IMG/VR virus record: IMGVR_UViG_2706796412_000001
Coordinates: 64,001 to 128,000 of that record
Direction: 5' to 3' (one strand)
Length of the DNA stretch: 64,000 nucleotides
Source: Bixzunavirus tonenili
Taxonomy: Duplodnaviria; Heunggongvirae; Uroviricota; Caudoviricetes
The translations under genes and the position numbers were made by a program. The notes beneath the pieces are model-generated. The model was not told where the DNA came from, made no database searches, and saw nothing but the letters and a program-made list of their open reading frames with translations. This document shows, one piece after another, positions 1-9,927 of the stretch. Within the stretch, counting starts at the first letter, position 1. Every line of letters starts with the position of its first letter.

Positions 1-1
1 C

Positions 2-88
2 GTGGCGAACAAGACGCTCTACGTCGGTGGGTTCTACAACGCCACTGACGCGGTGTACGACGTCACCGCCGTCGGCCAGGAGGCCTGA
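2..88 (+). CDS. 3' end of upstream virion gene (partial)
   Basis: Open frame ...YVGGFYNATDAVYDVTAVGQEA* whose TGA overlaps the ATG at 88. Confidence 0.6.
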   Translation: MANKTLYVGGFYNATDAVYDVTAVGQEA

Positions 89-720
89 TGGCTGTCGTGT
101 TCGACAACGCCAGCACGGTCGGCACCGGCGGCACCTCCATCCCGGCGTTCACCATCGCCAACGATGCGACGGCGGTCGTGGCCTGGATCTCGTGTCAGGT
201 GTCTTCTGGAACCGACCTCAGCGGGATGACGGCCACCATCGGCGGCCAGAGCATGGCCAAGCAGATCTTCTCGCCGACGGAGTCCCTTCAGCTGATCAAC
301 TTGCGTCTGCTCAATCCGCCGACCGGCAGTCAGGGCATTACCCTGACCGGGCTGTCCGGCGCGGCGCGGTACTACGCCGGGATTGCTGCCTCCTACAAGG
401 GGGTCAGGTCGTTCGGGGCCGTCGTCTCAGGCACCGCCAACTCGATTTCGCCCACAGTCAACTGCTCGTCAGAACTGGGCGACATGGTGTCCAACGGCAT
501 CATGTACAGCGGCAGCCTGGAGACCTATAACCAGACGCTCCGGGGCAACAAGAACACTGCCGCCTTCGTCAATCAGGGCGTGCTGCTCGGTGACGCGCCG
601 GGGGCCCCGTCGGTCCAGTTCCAGATGACCATGACCAATTCGGGTCAGTGGATCTGTGCCGCGCTGCCGCTGATCGGCGAGAAGAGTTCGGGCAACTTCT
701 TCCCGCTCATCATGGCCTGA
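88..720 (+). CDS. hypothetical virion/minor structural protein
   Basis: 210 aa ORF, GC3-rich codons, TGATG coupling, S/T/G-rich beta-type composition. Confidence 0.7.
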   Translation: MAVVFDNASTVGTGGTSIPAFTIANDATAVVAWISCQVSSGTDLSGMTATIGGQSMAKQIFSPTESLQLINLRLLNPPTGSQGITLTGLSGAARYYAGIAASYKGVRSFGAVVSGTANSISPTVNCSSELGDMVSNGIMYSGSLETYNQTLRGNKNTAAFVNQGVLLGDAPGAPSVQFQMTMTNSGQWICAALPLIGEKSSGNFFPLIMA

Positions 721-791
721 ACCCTGTGGGAGACGGTCGCAGGCTTCTCAATCAGTGAGGGCAGTAAACCCCCACTAGTGAAGGAGTCAAG

Positions 792-1421
792 GTGACGACA
801 CCTACTGCGCAGCGGAAGTCCCTGCGCGAGCTGCGCGAATCGACCGGCACCCTGTTCGCCAAGAACAACACCCGGAACAAGATCACGTGCAACACCGACA
901 AGATCCGCTTCGAGCTGGAGCCCGCTGGTACGGACGACTCGATTCGCATCGTGCCCAAGGAGTGCCTCAACGAGCCCGGCTTCCAGCGCCTGTGGATGCG
1001 CGGACGCATCTCGATCTCCGACGACGAGGCCATGGAGAACGAGGTCATCCTGCTCATGAGTGGGCAGGTCGAGACCAAGCCCAAGGTCTACTCGACCGAC
1101 AAGGACGGCAACCAGATCGAGGTCGATCCCCAGCTCACCGAGTCGGCAGAGAGCCGCGACATCGTCTTCCGCGAGCACGGCGATCCGGCCCAAGAGCGGG
1201 GTTACGGCATCAAGAGCGACAACGTCTGCATCTGGAGCGGCTGTGGTGCGCCCGTGCTCATCGCTCAGAAATTCCTGGACCAGGGCGAGCCGCCACTGTG
1301 CCAGGACCATTCAGACCGTAAGGGCCAGGTGGCGTCGACGCCGCAGCCCGACGGCACCTGGACCCACCAGGTGATCAGCATGCAGCCGGTGCAGAAGAGC
1401 GATCTTCCCGCCGGGGGCTAA
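792..1421 (+). CDS. hypothetical protein
   Basis: 209 aa, AAGGAG RBS before GTG, Cys/His cluster near C-terminus. Confidence 0.75.
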   Translation: MTTPTAQRKSLRELRESTGTLFAKNNTRNKITCNTDKIRFELEPAGTDDSIRIVPKECLNEPGFQRLWMRGRISISDDEAMENEVILLMSGQVETKPKVYSTDKDGNQIEVDPQLTESAESRDIVFREHGDPAQERGYGIKSDNVCIWSGCGAPVLIAQKFLDQGEPPLCQDHSDRKGQVASTPQPDGTWTHQVISMQPVQKSDLPAGG

Positions 1422-1439
1422 CCAGGAGAAGAGAACATC

Positions 1440-1730
1440 ATGGCAAACGACCTGCCACTCTCGCCGTTCGCGGACTCGGTGTACGCCCGCCCGGGTATGA
1501 CGCACCAGGTCCGTCAGTTCGACCGCAATCCCGGCAAGGGTGAGACCATCCTCACCGCCGTGGCGACGCCGTCGGAACTGGCACTGCAGGCAGAGAACGA
1601 TTCGCTCGATCGCGCCCGCGCGACCGGCGTCGCCGAGCCTCGCAACCCGCGTCCCGAGGTTTACGCGCACCGGGACTACTACAAGGAGCAGATGGAGTCG
1701 ACCTCCATCGATCGCAGCTACGACGGCTGA
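1440..1730 (+). CDS. hypothetical protein
   Basis: 96 aa, AGGAG RBS. Confidence 0.7.
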   Translation: MANDLPLSPFADSVYARPGMTHQVRQFDRNPGKGETILTAVATPSELALQAENDSLDRARATGVAEPRNPRPEVYAHRDYYKEQMESTSIDRSYDG

Positions 1731-1762
1731 GTCAGCTGCACTCCCCATTCCCCCGGCCCCGT

Positions 1763-1783
1763 CCGCCCTCGCTTCGAGGGCGG
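1763..1783 (+). terminator. GC-rich hairpin, possible terminator without U-tract
   Basis: CCGCCCTC-gcttc-GAGGGCGG in intergenic gap. Confidence 0.35.
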
Positions 1784-1819
1784 CGGGGAGCGTCGCTGTG
1801 ACCTGAGCAGGAGGGCGGC

Positions 1820-3430
1820 ATGCCGACCAACTACCCCGATGAATTCGACACATTCATCGAGCCGACCCTGCCCGAAGAGACCACGCTGTCCTCGTCGGGC
1901 ACCGGCAACCGCAACCATGTCGAACACCACCGGGACTTGGGCGACGCCGTCGAGCAGCTGCAGCGCGGAGCCAGCTTCCGCGACCACGACCACAGCGGTG
2001 ATCCTGACGACATCCGCAAGGGCTCCAAGCTCGACCAGGCCAACACCCACGAGAACAGCGACGTCGACACCGCTCTGGGCATGCACCACACCCTCGGCGA
2101 AGGCCCCTTCCAGGCCGCGCCGGGCAATCACACCCATGACTACGCCGGACCCTCGATCATCAACAAGGCGATCGAGATCTGCACCTCCAGCGCGCGCCCG
2201 TCCAACCCGTTCCCCGGCAAGATGATCTGGGAGGTCGACACCAACCGGATGCGCGTGTGGGCACAGTTCCCGGGCGAGCGTCAGGCGGTGCAGGGCCTGT
2301 ACTCGATCGACAAGCTGGAGCGCACCAGCACTGACGACCTCGGACCCACACTGTGGGACCAGTGGTATCAGTTCCCCACCGGCAAGGGCAAGATGGCCAC
2401 CCCCAGCGGCCACTCGGCCAGCTGGATCAGGGCGGGCGCTGACGCCAACCGATGCATCGCGCGCCGGATCTTCCCGGCAGACCGCTACACCCAGAGCACC
2501 GACCAGGTCATCACCTTCACCACCAACGACCACGTCGCCGACTGGACCAACCCGAGCGCGGACAACCCGGCCACCAACGACGCCTACTTCCGGATGTCCG
2601 ACGACGGACAGTCCTACGTTCGGGCGGCGCTGACCTGGTGGAAGGGGTCGACCGGCGCGATCATGCTGACCTACACCACCACCGGCCCGACCGGTGAGGT
2701 CCTGCTCGGCCAGCTTCCGGCTCAGACCAACACGGCCAACATCATGTGGCAGCTGCGCATGGTCGGCAACAAGTTCGAGGTCTACCGGGGCGTGGAGTAC
2801 ATCGGCAGCATCCTCGACAACGAGGGCGTGACCATGCTGCCGTACAAGGGCTGGGGCTTCGGCATGCAGGCCGGTGACGGCGGCTCGCAGCAGTCGCTGC
2901 CCAACGAGATCTCCGAGGTCGGTATCGCCGACGCCACCTACTACACCAGCAACGCGGCATGGCAGCTGCTCACCGCTGGCGACATCCCGCGCGTAGGCCT
3001 CGGCGCCGCACGCGCGCAGCCGATCAACCCCACCGGCACCATGATCGAGTGGACCGAGATCGGCGAGGACAACTTCAACATGTTCAAGCCGGAGCTGCCC
3101 ACCCAGGTGATCATCAAGGAGGCGGGCATCTACCACGTGCACGCCTCGATCGCCTGGGCGACCCAGCTGCGCGGTGACCGCGCGGCCACCATCATCACGG
3201 TCAACGACCAGCCCACACCTCACATGCACTGGGAGTTCGTGCGCGGCAACAACTACGTGCCCGGCTTCGCCCAGACCGTGGACGTCACCGCCTACCTGCG
3301 CCTCAAAGAGGGCGACCGGGTGGGCGTGGCCGCAGCGCACAACGGGCCCGTGCCGCAGTACACCGGGGCCAAGAAGAACGCCGAGATCACCCAGGTGAGC
3401 CGGTTCTTCCTGTGCTTCCAGAGCCCGTAA
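1820..3430 (+). CDS. virion structural/minor tail protein with C-terminal C1q/TNF-like beta domain
   Basis: 536 aa, GGAGG RBS, HxHxxxH repeats at N-terminus, IKEAGIYHVHASIAW-type C-terminal motif. Confidence 0.65.
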   Translation: MPTNYPDEFDTFIEPTLPEETTLSSSGTGNRNHVEHHRDLGDAVEQLQRGASFRDHDHSGDPDDIRKGSKLDQANTHENSDVDTALGMHHTLGEGPFQAAPGNHTHDYAGPSIINKAIEICTSSARPSNPFPGKMIWEVDTNRMRVWAQFPGERQAVQGLYSIDKLERTSTDDLGPTLWDQWYQFPTGKGKMATPSGHSASWIRAGADANRCIARRIFPADRYTQSTDQVITFTTNDHVADWTNPSADNPATNDAYFRMSDDGQSYVRAALTWWKGSTGAIMLTYTTTGPTGEVLLGQLPAQTNTANIMWQLRMVGNKFEVYRGVEYIGSILDNEGVTMLPYKGWGFGMQAGDGGSQQSLPNEISEVGIADATYYTSNAAWQLLTAGDIPRVGLGAARAQPINPTGTMIEWTEIGEDNFNMFKPELPTQVIIKEAGIYHVHASIAWATQLRGDRAATIITVNDQPTPHMHWEFVRGNNYVPGFAQTVDVTAYLRLKEGDRVGVAAAHNGPVPQYTGAKKNAEITQVSRFFLCFQSP

Positions 3431-3440
3431 GGAGCACGAC

Positions 3441-3953
3441 GTGACCACCATGGAGACACTCGGCAGGCACGCTCTCGATCACCCCCGGTTCGACGTCAAC
3501 GGCGGCAGTGATGTGCGGGTGCGGTACTCCAAGAGCGACTGGACCGAGATCGACAGCTGGGCCGTCATCGAGCACACCGACGTCGACAAGCCGGTCGGCG
3601 GGGTGCTGACCGCCTACACCCGCGATCGTCACGAGCGTGTCGGCGAGCTGCGCTACTACTTCATCAGCATCGAGCGCGACGAGATCCAGTTCCAGGACGT
3701 CAATGTCGAGCCGCAGTTCCGCCGCCGCCGCGTGGCCACCGCGCTGCTGCGCAAGCTCAACCTGATCCATCCGACAGCGCGGATCAATCCCGGCACCCGC
3801 ACGTCGGGCGGGGAGGCCTTCTTCCAGCACATCCTGGCCACCGAGAAGGACAAGGTCGCGAGCAACGGCATTCTCAACATTCCGCTGCAGGTCCAGATCC
3901 CGCCAGGGTTCCGGATCGGTGACGCGGCACGAGCAGGCGGGTGGGAGCGATGA
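3441..3953 (+). CDS. GNAT-family acetyltransferase
   Basis: Motif A-like segment VNVEPQFRRRRVATALL; 170 aa; AAGGAG RBS. Confidence 0.7.
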   Translation: MTTMETLGRHALDHPRFDVNGGSDVRVRYSKSDWTEIDSWAVIEHTDVDKPVGGVLTAYTRDRHERVGELRYYFISIERDEIQFQDVNVEPQFRRRRVATALLRKLNLIHPTARINPGTRTSGGEAFFQHILATEKDKVASNGILNIPLQVQIPPGFRIGDAARAGGWER

Positions 3954-4939
3954 CCGAACCGATCAACGGCCCGGAGGTCTACTCGCAGAAGCTGATCAGC
4001 TCGGCCAAGGCCCGCAAGTTCGTCAGCCAGAACAGCCGAGGCTACATCGCCATCAGCATCCAGGACCTCGACAACACCCCCGCCGATCCGGCCTCGCTGA
4101 GCCTCAAGGTGTGGTTCAACGACCTGTCCGGCAACTCGACCGACCCCAAGGGCGAGCTGGTCATCAACGTCGACCTGGACACCGGCATCGTCCGTGATGA
4201 GGTCGGCAAGTACCACTTCGACATCGGCCCGCAGTGGACAGCTCAGCGCGGCCTGCTGCACGCCGAGTGGTCGTACGAGGTCAACGACAAGGACTTCGTC
4301 TTCCAGGACGACATGCAGATCCAGGAGCAGATGCCGTTCTACGACGCCATGCGCGAGGACACCAAGGTCCTCGTCGAGCAGGCCTCGTGGTTCTTTGCTG
4401 ACCTGTTCGACTCGACCACCGGCGGCCCCTGGCTCAACGAGAACTTCCAGGCTCATTTCGACTACAACCGGATCGCGTTCCTGATGCACCAGGGGCTGAT
4501 GAAGCTCAACGTCATCGGCTACCCGGTGACCGCGTACGGAGTCAGTCCGGACAGCGACAAGATCCCGAAGAACTTCACCCAGCTCGCGCTGTGGGCGACC
4601 AAGCTCGAAGCGATCCGGCACCTGATCGTCAGTTACACCGAGCAGCCGAACTTTGCCAACATGAGCACGACCTACACCGACCGACGCGACTATGCCGACC
4701 GGTGGCGCGCGGTGCTGGAAGAGGAGAAGCCCGAGTTCACCCAGGCGGTGAAGATGGCCAAGCGCAGCCTGCTCAGCCTGGGCCGGGGCTCGATCCTGGT
4801 CGGCGGCGGCATCTACTCCGGCGGCGCGCGGGGCTTCTACATGCCCGGCATGTACTCGGCGCAAGCTCGCTCGATGCGGTTCTACCCGGCGGCGCCGAGT
4901 GTCTCGTGGGGCAACATCGCCACCGGGGGCGCCTGGTAA
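3950..4939 (+). CDS. head-to-tail adaptor/neck protein
   Basis: ATGA overlap with previous gene; position upstream of stopper, terminator and sheath genes. Confidence 0.6.
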   Translation: MTEPINGPEVYSQKLISSAKARKFVSQNSRGYIAISIQDLDNTPADPASLSLKVWFNDLSGNSTDPKGELVINVDLDTGIVRDEVGKYHFDIGPQWTAQRGLLHAEWSYEVNDKDFVFQDDMQIQEQMPFYDAMREDTKVLVEQASWFFADLFDSTTGGPWLNENFQAHFDYNRIAFLMHQGLMKLNVIGYPVTAYGVSPDSDKIPKNFTQLALWATKLEAIRHLIVSYTEQPNFANMSTTYTDRRDYADRWRAVLEEEKPEFTQAVKMAKRSLLSLGRGSILVGGGIYSGGARGFYMPGMYSAQARSMRFYPAAPSVSWGNIATGGAW

Positions 4940-5535
4940 TGGCCCGCATCGATCTCTCAGAACCGTACGCCGTCCGGCTGGCCCGCCAGTCCGTACGCGA
5001 CAGTCTCATGTCGCACGGCGAGGAGTGCGTCCTGATCCACCTGTACCACGTGCCCGAGGTCGAGAACACTCAGCCGCGCTGCCCATTCTGCTTCGACGAC
5101 GTCTACAGCCAGAGCGACCAGTACGACTGCCCGCAGTGCTACGGCACCACCTTCGACGGCGGCGTCAGCTTCGCCTATCGGGCGTGGGGGATCTTCGGCG
5201 ACGCGCTGGACAAGGAGACCACCGGCAAGCGCGGTATCTGGCACCCGGTGGAGCGCACCCTGCAGACCGAGCCGTTTCCGGACATGTGGAAGCGCGACTT
5301 CGTGGTGCGCGTCAACGGCTGGACCCCCGATCATCGTCCGATCGACATCGAGGGCATTTACGTCTTCGACGAGGTCAACAACGAGAACATCCGGACCGGC
5401 AACCACTTCGGCCAGGAGCAGCTGCATCCTCTCGGTCAGACCGCTGACCTGAAGAAGGTCTCCGACAAGATGCCGATTTACAACTACCCGATCATCGGGC
5501 GACAGTTCCACCGCTTCGACGGGAGAGAGCGGTGA
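4939..5535 (+). CDS. head-to-tail stopper-like protein
   Basis: TAATG coupling, CxxC...CxxC motif, neck-module position. Confidence 0.55.
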   Translation: MARIDLSEPYAVRLARQSVRDSLMSHGEECVLIHLYHVPEVENTQPRCPFCFDDVYSQSDQYDCPQCYGTTFDGGVSFAYRAWGIFGDALDKETTGKRGIWHPVERTLQTEPFPDMWKRDFVVRVNGWTPDHRPIDIEGIYVFDEVNNENIRTGNHFGQEQLHPLGQTADLKKVSDKMPIYNYPIIGRQFHRFDGRER

Positions 5536-5987
5536 GGGTCGGCGCTCCGATCGAACTCAACCGGGTGATCGCCCGCCGGGCGGTGCAGTATGCCCGCGAG
5601 GACATGCGCGGTCGCGGCTGGGTTTCGACCGGCGCCTTGCAGCCGTACGCCGACACCGGCGCGGTCGGTATCAGCTCGACGATGAAGCATCTGCTCATCC
5701 AGAACAAGGGCTTCGGCCCGTTCGTCATGTGGTGGGTCGAGGGACGAATGGTCCCGATCACCGACAAGCAGACCGGCCAGGTCCGGCGCATCCGAGGCCG
5801 CGAGCCCGGCAAACCCGGCTACGTCTACATCCCGGGCCGGGGCAAGGTCTGGCGCGACCAGAAGTGGCGTCACCCGGGCCTGAAGCCCAAGCGGTTCATG
5901 GAGGCCGCGATCGCCAAGGCCATCAAGGAGTCCCGACGCGACATCCATGATGCGGCCATGACCATTCTGTCGGGAGGCCGACTGTGA
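5532..5987 (+). CDS. neck/tail completion protein (HK97 gp10-like)
   Basis: Basic 151 aa protein with HPGLKPKRFM motif typical of this family. Confidence 0.6.
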   Translation: MRVGAPIELNRVIARRAVQYAREDMRGRGWVSTGALQPYADTGAVGISSTMKHLLIQNKGFGPFVMWWVEGRMVPITDKQTGQVRRIRGREPGKPGYVYIPGRGKVWRDQKWRHPGLKPKRFMEAAIAKAIKESRRDIHDAAMTILSGGRL

Positions 5988-6691
5988 ACCTGGAAGACCG
6001 CGTCACACCGCCGCAGCCCGGCGCCCGGGGCGGAGGCGTGATCGAGACCGTCAAGCGCGCGGTGATGCTGGCGCTGCGTGACGCCATCACCAGCACCACC
6101 CTCAACGGCATGGTCAACGGCTCCGAGGTGAACGTTGACATGGAGTACCCGATGAAGCAGGAGCAGTACCCGGGCATCTGGGTGCAGTTCAGCTTCAGCA
6201 AGCTCCTCAACTCCGGCATCGGCCACGAGCTGCTGCTCAAGACCGTCGAGGGCGATGACATCAACTGGGAGCCGGTACGCGAGCTGCAGTTCGAGGGCCG
6301 GGTGAGCTTGACCATCGTCGCGCTGACCAGTCTGGCGCGCGATCGGCTGGCTGACGGCGTGGTGAGCACCCTGATCTTTGCTCGCCCGCCGGAGTACGTG
6401 CTGACCAAGCCTGACCGCGACACCAAGCAGTACCGGCAGCTCATCGACAAGCTGGCCAAGAATCCATACGTGTCGATGACGCTCAATCACGACGAGGTCA
6501 TCCCCGGTGGCCAGTCCACTCAGGTCGGAGTGCCCTGGGACCCGGACCTGCCGGTCTACGAGGACACCTACAGCTTCGACATCCTCGGTCAGACCAACAT
6601 CATCTATCGCCACGACGGCACCTACACCCTGAGCGCGGTGCGCGACGCAGGCGAGATGGAGGCGCCGCCCTCCCCCTTCGACTGGCAGTAA
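5984..6691 (+). CDS. tail terminator-like protein
   Basis: 235 aa directly upstream of sheath gene; GTGA overlap. Confidence 0.55.
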   Translation: MNLEDRVTPPQPGARGGGVIETVKRAVMLALRDAITSTTLNGMVNGSEVNVDMEYPMKQEQYPGIWVQFSFSKLLNSGIGHELLLKTVEGDDINWEPVRELQFEGRVSLTIVALTSLARDRLADGVVSTLIFARPPEYVLTKPDRDTKQYRQLIDKLAKNPYVSMTLNHDEVIPGGQSTQVGVPWDPDLPVYEDTYSFDILGQTNIIYRHDGTYTLSAVRDAGEMEAPPSPFDWQ

Positions 6692-6802
6692 CGACCCTGT
6701 GAGAAGCCCCGGCGCGTCCAAGAAGAGACAGAGGGCACGAAAGGGACTGACCAGAGATGGCTATCGACACACGCGTCCCACATCAGGAAGGGCGAGCCGG
6801 TA

Positions 6803-8551
6803 ATGGCAATTGACTTCTCGCAGTACCAGACCCCGGGCGTCTACACCGAGTCGGTCGGAGCACCACAGCTGGGCATCCGGTCGTCCGTGCCCACCGCCGT
6901 GGCCATCTTCGGCCTGGCCGTCGGCTACCAGACCTACCGGGAGAGCATCCGGATCAACCCGGACACCGGTGAGACGATCACCACGCAGATCCTGGCCATG
7001 GTCGGCGGGCCGACCGGCGGCAGCTTCACCCTGTCGCTGTCCGGAGAGACCACCAGCAACATCCCGTTCAACGCCACTCAGGGTCAGGTGCAGAGCGCGC
7101 TTCGTGCACTGCCCAATCTGGAGGACGACGAGGTCACCGTCACCGGTGACGCGGGCGGACCGTGGACCGTGGTCATCACCAAGGCGGTGCCCGCGTTCGG
7201 AAAGAACGTTGCCGGGCTGACCGGTGGCGACAGTCCCGACCTCAACATCGCCAGCGAGCAGACCGGCGTGCCCGCCATGAACCGCGCGCTGGCCAAGAGG
7301 GGCATCAAGACCGACACCATCCGCGTGGTCGACCCCAACTCCGGCCAGGTCTACGTGCTCGGCACCGACTACGTCGTCACTCGGGTCAACGCGGGCGAGG
7401 ATGGCGAGGCCAACACCCGAGACGACCTGTACACCATCCAGCGTGTCGTCGACGGTGGCCACATCGATCCCGGCGACATCGTCCAGCTGTCCTACCGATA
7501 CACCGACCCGAACTACCACGAGGTCATCCGGTTCACCGACCCCGACGACATCCGCGACTTCTACGGCGACCCGTTCGACGCGGCGGGCAACATCCAGTCC
7601 GAGATCACCCTGGCGGCCCAGCTGGCCATCACCAACGGGGCCTCGACGATCCTGGCCTGTGCGGTCGATCCGGAGGATCCGGACGCGGTCACCATGGGCG
7701 ACTACCAGAACGCGCTGAACAAGTTCCGCGACGAGGACGAGATCGCCATCATCGTCTCCGGTACCGGTGCCCAGCCGATCCAGGCTCTGGTCCAGCAGCA
7801 CGTCTCGGCCCAGTCGAACAACAAGTACGAGCGTCGAGCGATTCTGGGCATGGACGGATCGGTCACTCCGGTGCCGTCGGCCACCCGCATCGCCAACGCA
7901 CAGTCCATCAAGGACCAGCGCATCGCGCTGATCAGCCCGTCGAGCTTCACCTACTACGCCCCGGAGCTGAACCGCGAGATCGTTCTGGGCGGCCAGTACA
8001 TGGCGGCGGCGGTCGCGGGCAAGTCGGTCTCGGCCATCGCCGCGATGCCACTGACCCGCAAGGTCATTCGGGGCTTCGTCGGTCCGGCAGAGATCCAGCG
8101 TGACGGCGAGAAGGCCCGCGAGTCTTCCGAGGGCCTGATGGTCGTCGAGAAGACCCCGCGCAACCAGGTGCACGTGCGTCACGGCGTGACCACCGATCCG
8201 ACCAGCCTGCACACCCGAGAGTGGAACATCATCGGCCAGCAGGACGTCATGGTCTACCGCATCCGCGACTACCTCGACGCCGACGGCCTGATCGGCATGC
8301 CGATCTACGACACCACGATCGTGCAGGTCAAGGCGTCCGCCGAGGCCGCGCTGGTCTGGCTGGTCGACAACGGCATCATCCGGGGCTACCGCAACCTCAA
8401 GGCTCGGCAGATCGAGCGGCAGCCCGACGTGATCGAGGTTCGCTACGAGTGGCGTCCGGCCTACCCGCTGAACTACATCGTCGTCCGGTACTCGATCGCG
8501 CCGGAGACCGGCGACATCACCTCGACCATCGAAGGCACCACGAGCTTCTGA
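6803..8551 (+). CDS. tail sheath protein
   Basis: 582 aa; C-terminal sheath-like features (VHVRHGVTT, IEVRYEWRPAYPLNYIVVRY); followed by tube-sized gene. Confidence 0.85.
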   Translation: MAIDFSQYQTPGVYTESVGAPQLGIRSSVPTAVAIFGLAVGYQTYRESIRINPDTGETITTQILAMVGGPTGGSFTLSLSGETTSNIPFNATQGQVQSALRALPNLEDDEVTVTGDAGGPWTVVITKAVPAFGKNVAGLTGGDSPDLNIASEQTGVPAMNRALAKRGIKTDTIRVVDPNSGQVYVLGTDYVVTRVNAGEDGEANTRDDLYTIQRVVDGGHIDPGDIVQLSYRYTDPNYHEVIRFTDPDDIRDFYGDPFDAAGNIQSEITLAAQLAITNGASTILACAVDPEDPDAVTMGDYQNALNKFRDEDEIAIIVSGTGAQPIQALVQQHVSAQSNNKYERRAILGMDGSVTPVPSATRIANAQSIKDQRIALISPSSFTYYAPELNREIVLGGQYMAAAVAGKSVSAIAAMPLTRKVIRGFVGPAEIQRDGEKARESSEGLMVVEKTPRNQVHVRHGVTTDPTSLHTREWNIIGQQDVMVYRIRDYLDADGLIGMPIYDTTIVQVKASAEAALVWLVDNGIIRGYRNLKARQIERQPDVIEVRYEWRPAYPLNYIVVRYSIAPETGDITSTIEGTTSF

Positions 8552-8584
8552 GGCTCTCGACACAAGTAAGGAGGTGGCCGTCCC

Positions 8585-9052
8585 ATGGAGAGCAAGACCC
8601 GGATTGGCGGTTCCGGCTTTACCACGATGACCTTCCGGGGCACGCGGTTGGCCTACCTGCAGACCCTGCAGGACACGCCGCCACAGCCGGTGGCTGGCGC
8701 CCAGGTCGTCCAGTCCATCGACGACGAGACGCCCTCGGAGATCGTGACGGCCATGGCGGTCGGCGCGGGCACCCTGCGGCTGACGTTCTACGAGCTGTGG
8801 AACGAGCCGGTCTGGTCGCGTTTGCCGGGCCTGGAGGGCACCAACAACCTGCTGGAGGTCCTCAAGCGTCAGGTGGCGCTCGGCGAGGTCACCTGCCGCA
8901 AGCTGATCAAGAGCCCGTCGGGCATCACGCGTGCCCGCGTCTACCACGGCTGTGTGCTCACCGATATCGACGAGGGCGAGCAGATCAACATCGGCACGAT
9001 GACGCTGCCCAAGACCATCACCATGCAGTACATCAAGACGACCACGGTGTGA
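8585..9052 (+). CDS. tail tube protein
   Basis: 155 aa directly after sheath; strong AAGGAGGT RBS. Confidence 0.75.
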   Translation: MESKTRIGGSGFTTMTFRGTRLAYLQTLQDTPPQPVAGAQVVQSIDDETPSEIVTAMAVGAGTLRLTFYELWNEPVWSRLPGLEGTNNLLEVLKRQVALGEVTCRKLIKSPSGITRARVYHGCVLTDIDEGEQINIGTMTLPKTITMQYIKTTTV

Positions 9053-9054
9053 CC

Positions 9055-9915
9055 ATGTCGATGCCCATTCAGCGACAGAGCGAGTCCTACCACGCGTTCA
9101 CCGACGGCCCCCGCTTCGCCAGGGACCGCGTCCAGCGGGACCTGCCGCCGGGGCTGGCCGGATTGGTCTCGGGCGGTCCCCGGATCTCTGCCGGTCTCAA
9201 CAATCCGCGCGGCATCCGTCATCATGCCGACGCCTACGAGGCGCCGGGCCTGTTCGACAAGCACGGCCCGTACGGGTCCGGCGTCGATAGCTATGGCCAC
9301 GAGGCCGAGCCGGACTTCGATCCCCGTCAGTACGGAGACGATTCTCCGCACGGTCCCGAGCCGCATGTCGACGAACACGGTCACCCGCTGGACGTCGACG
9401 AAGGGTCCTACGTCGAGGACCTGTCGGGACACGGCCATCCTGACGTCGCGGGCTTCGGCTTCGGCGGATACGACGACTACGACCCTCACTCGGTGGAGAA
9501 CCTGCCGCCGGACTACGACGACCAGTTCGGGCCACACATGGCGTCTTTTACCCAGGCCCGTCACCACGAGGCTGACGGGCCTGCTCCGGCGCTGTTCACC
9601 CCGATGCTGTTTCAGCCCGGAGAGCGTCTCGACGCGCGTTCGGAGCTGCTGGGCGGGGAGAAGGCATTCGTCAACGACGAACCCCTCGGCGAGCTGGCCG
9701 AGGGACAGCACTGGGTCACCGGTGCAGCGGTCCAGCCGCAAGTCGTGCCCGGATGGGTCGGGCACGGATATGTCCCAGGGCACCGAGTTGGTCTGCCCTG
9801 GCGGGACACGGTTATTCCAGGCACGGTGACGCACCTGGACGGCCAGCAGGTCGGCATTCGATGGGATGACGGCCAGCACACCACGGAGGAGCCTGCAGAC
9901 CTCCGTCCTCTCTAA
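9055..9915 (+). CDS. hypothetical acidic D/H/P-rich protein with possible C-terminal SH3-like domain
   Basis: 3' part of ORF 8221..9915; start inferred just after tube stop codon. Confidence 0.6.
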   Translation: MSMPIQRQSESYHAFTDGPRFARDRVQRDLPPGLAGLVSGGPRISAGLNNPRGIRHHADAYEAPGLFDKHGPYGSGVDSYGHEAEPDFDPRQYGDDSPHGPEPHVDEHGHPLDVDEGSYVEDLSGHGHPDVAGFGFGGYDDYDPHSVENLPPDYDDQFGPHMASFTQARHHEADGPAPALFTPMLFQPGERLDARSELLGGEKAFVNDEPLGELAEGQHWVTGAAVQPQVVPGWVGHGYVPGHRVGLPWRDTVIPGTVTHLDGQQVGIRWDDGQHTTEEPADLRPL

Positions 9916-9927
9916 GTGAAGGATGAG

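Noticed and set aside
1718-8947. Long minus-strand ORFs such as 1718..3451 and 6761..8947 (also 23777-region and 56698..58542 shadows)
   Set aside because: Antisense shadows of GC3-biased plus-strand genes; no RBS or recognisable domains.
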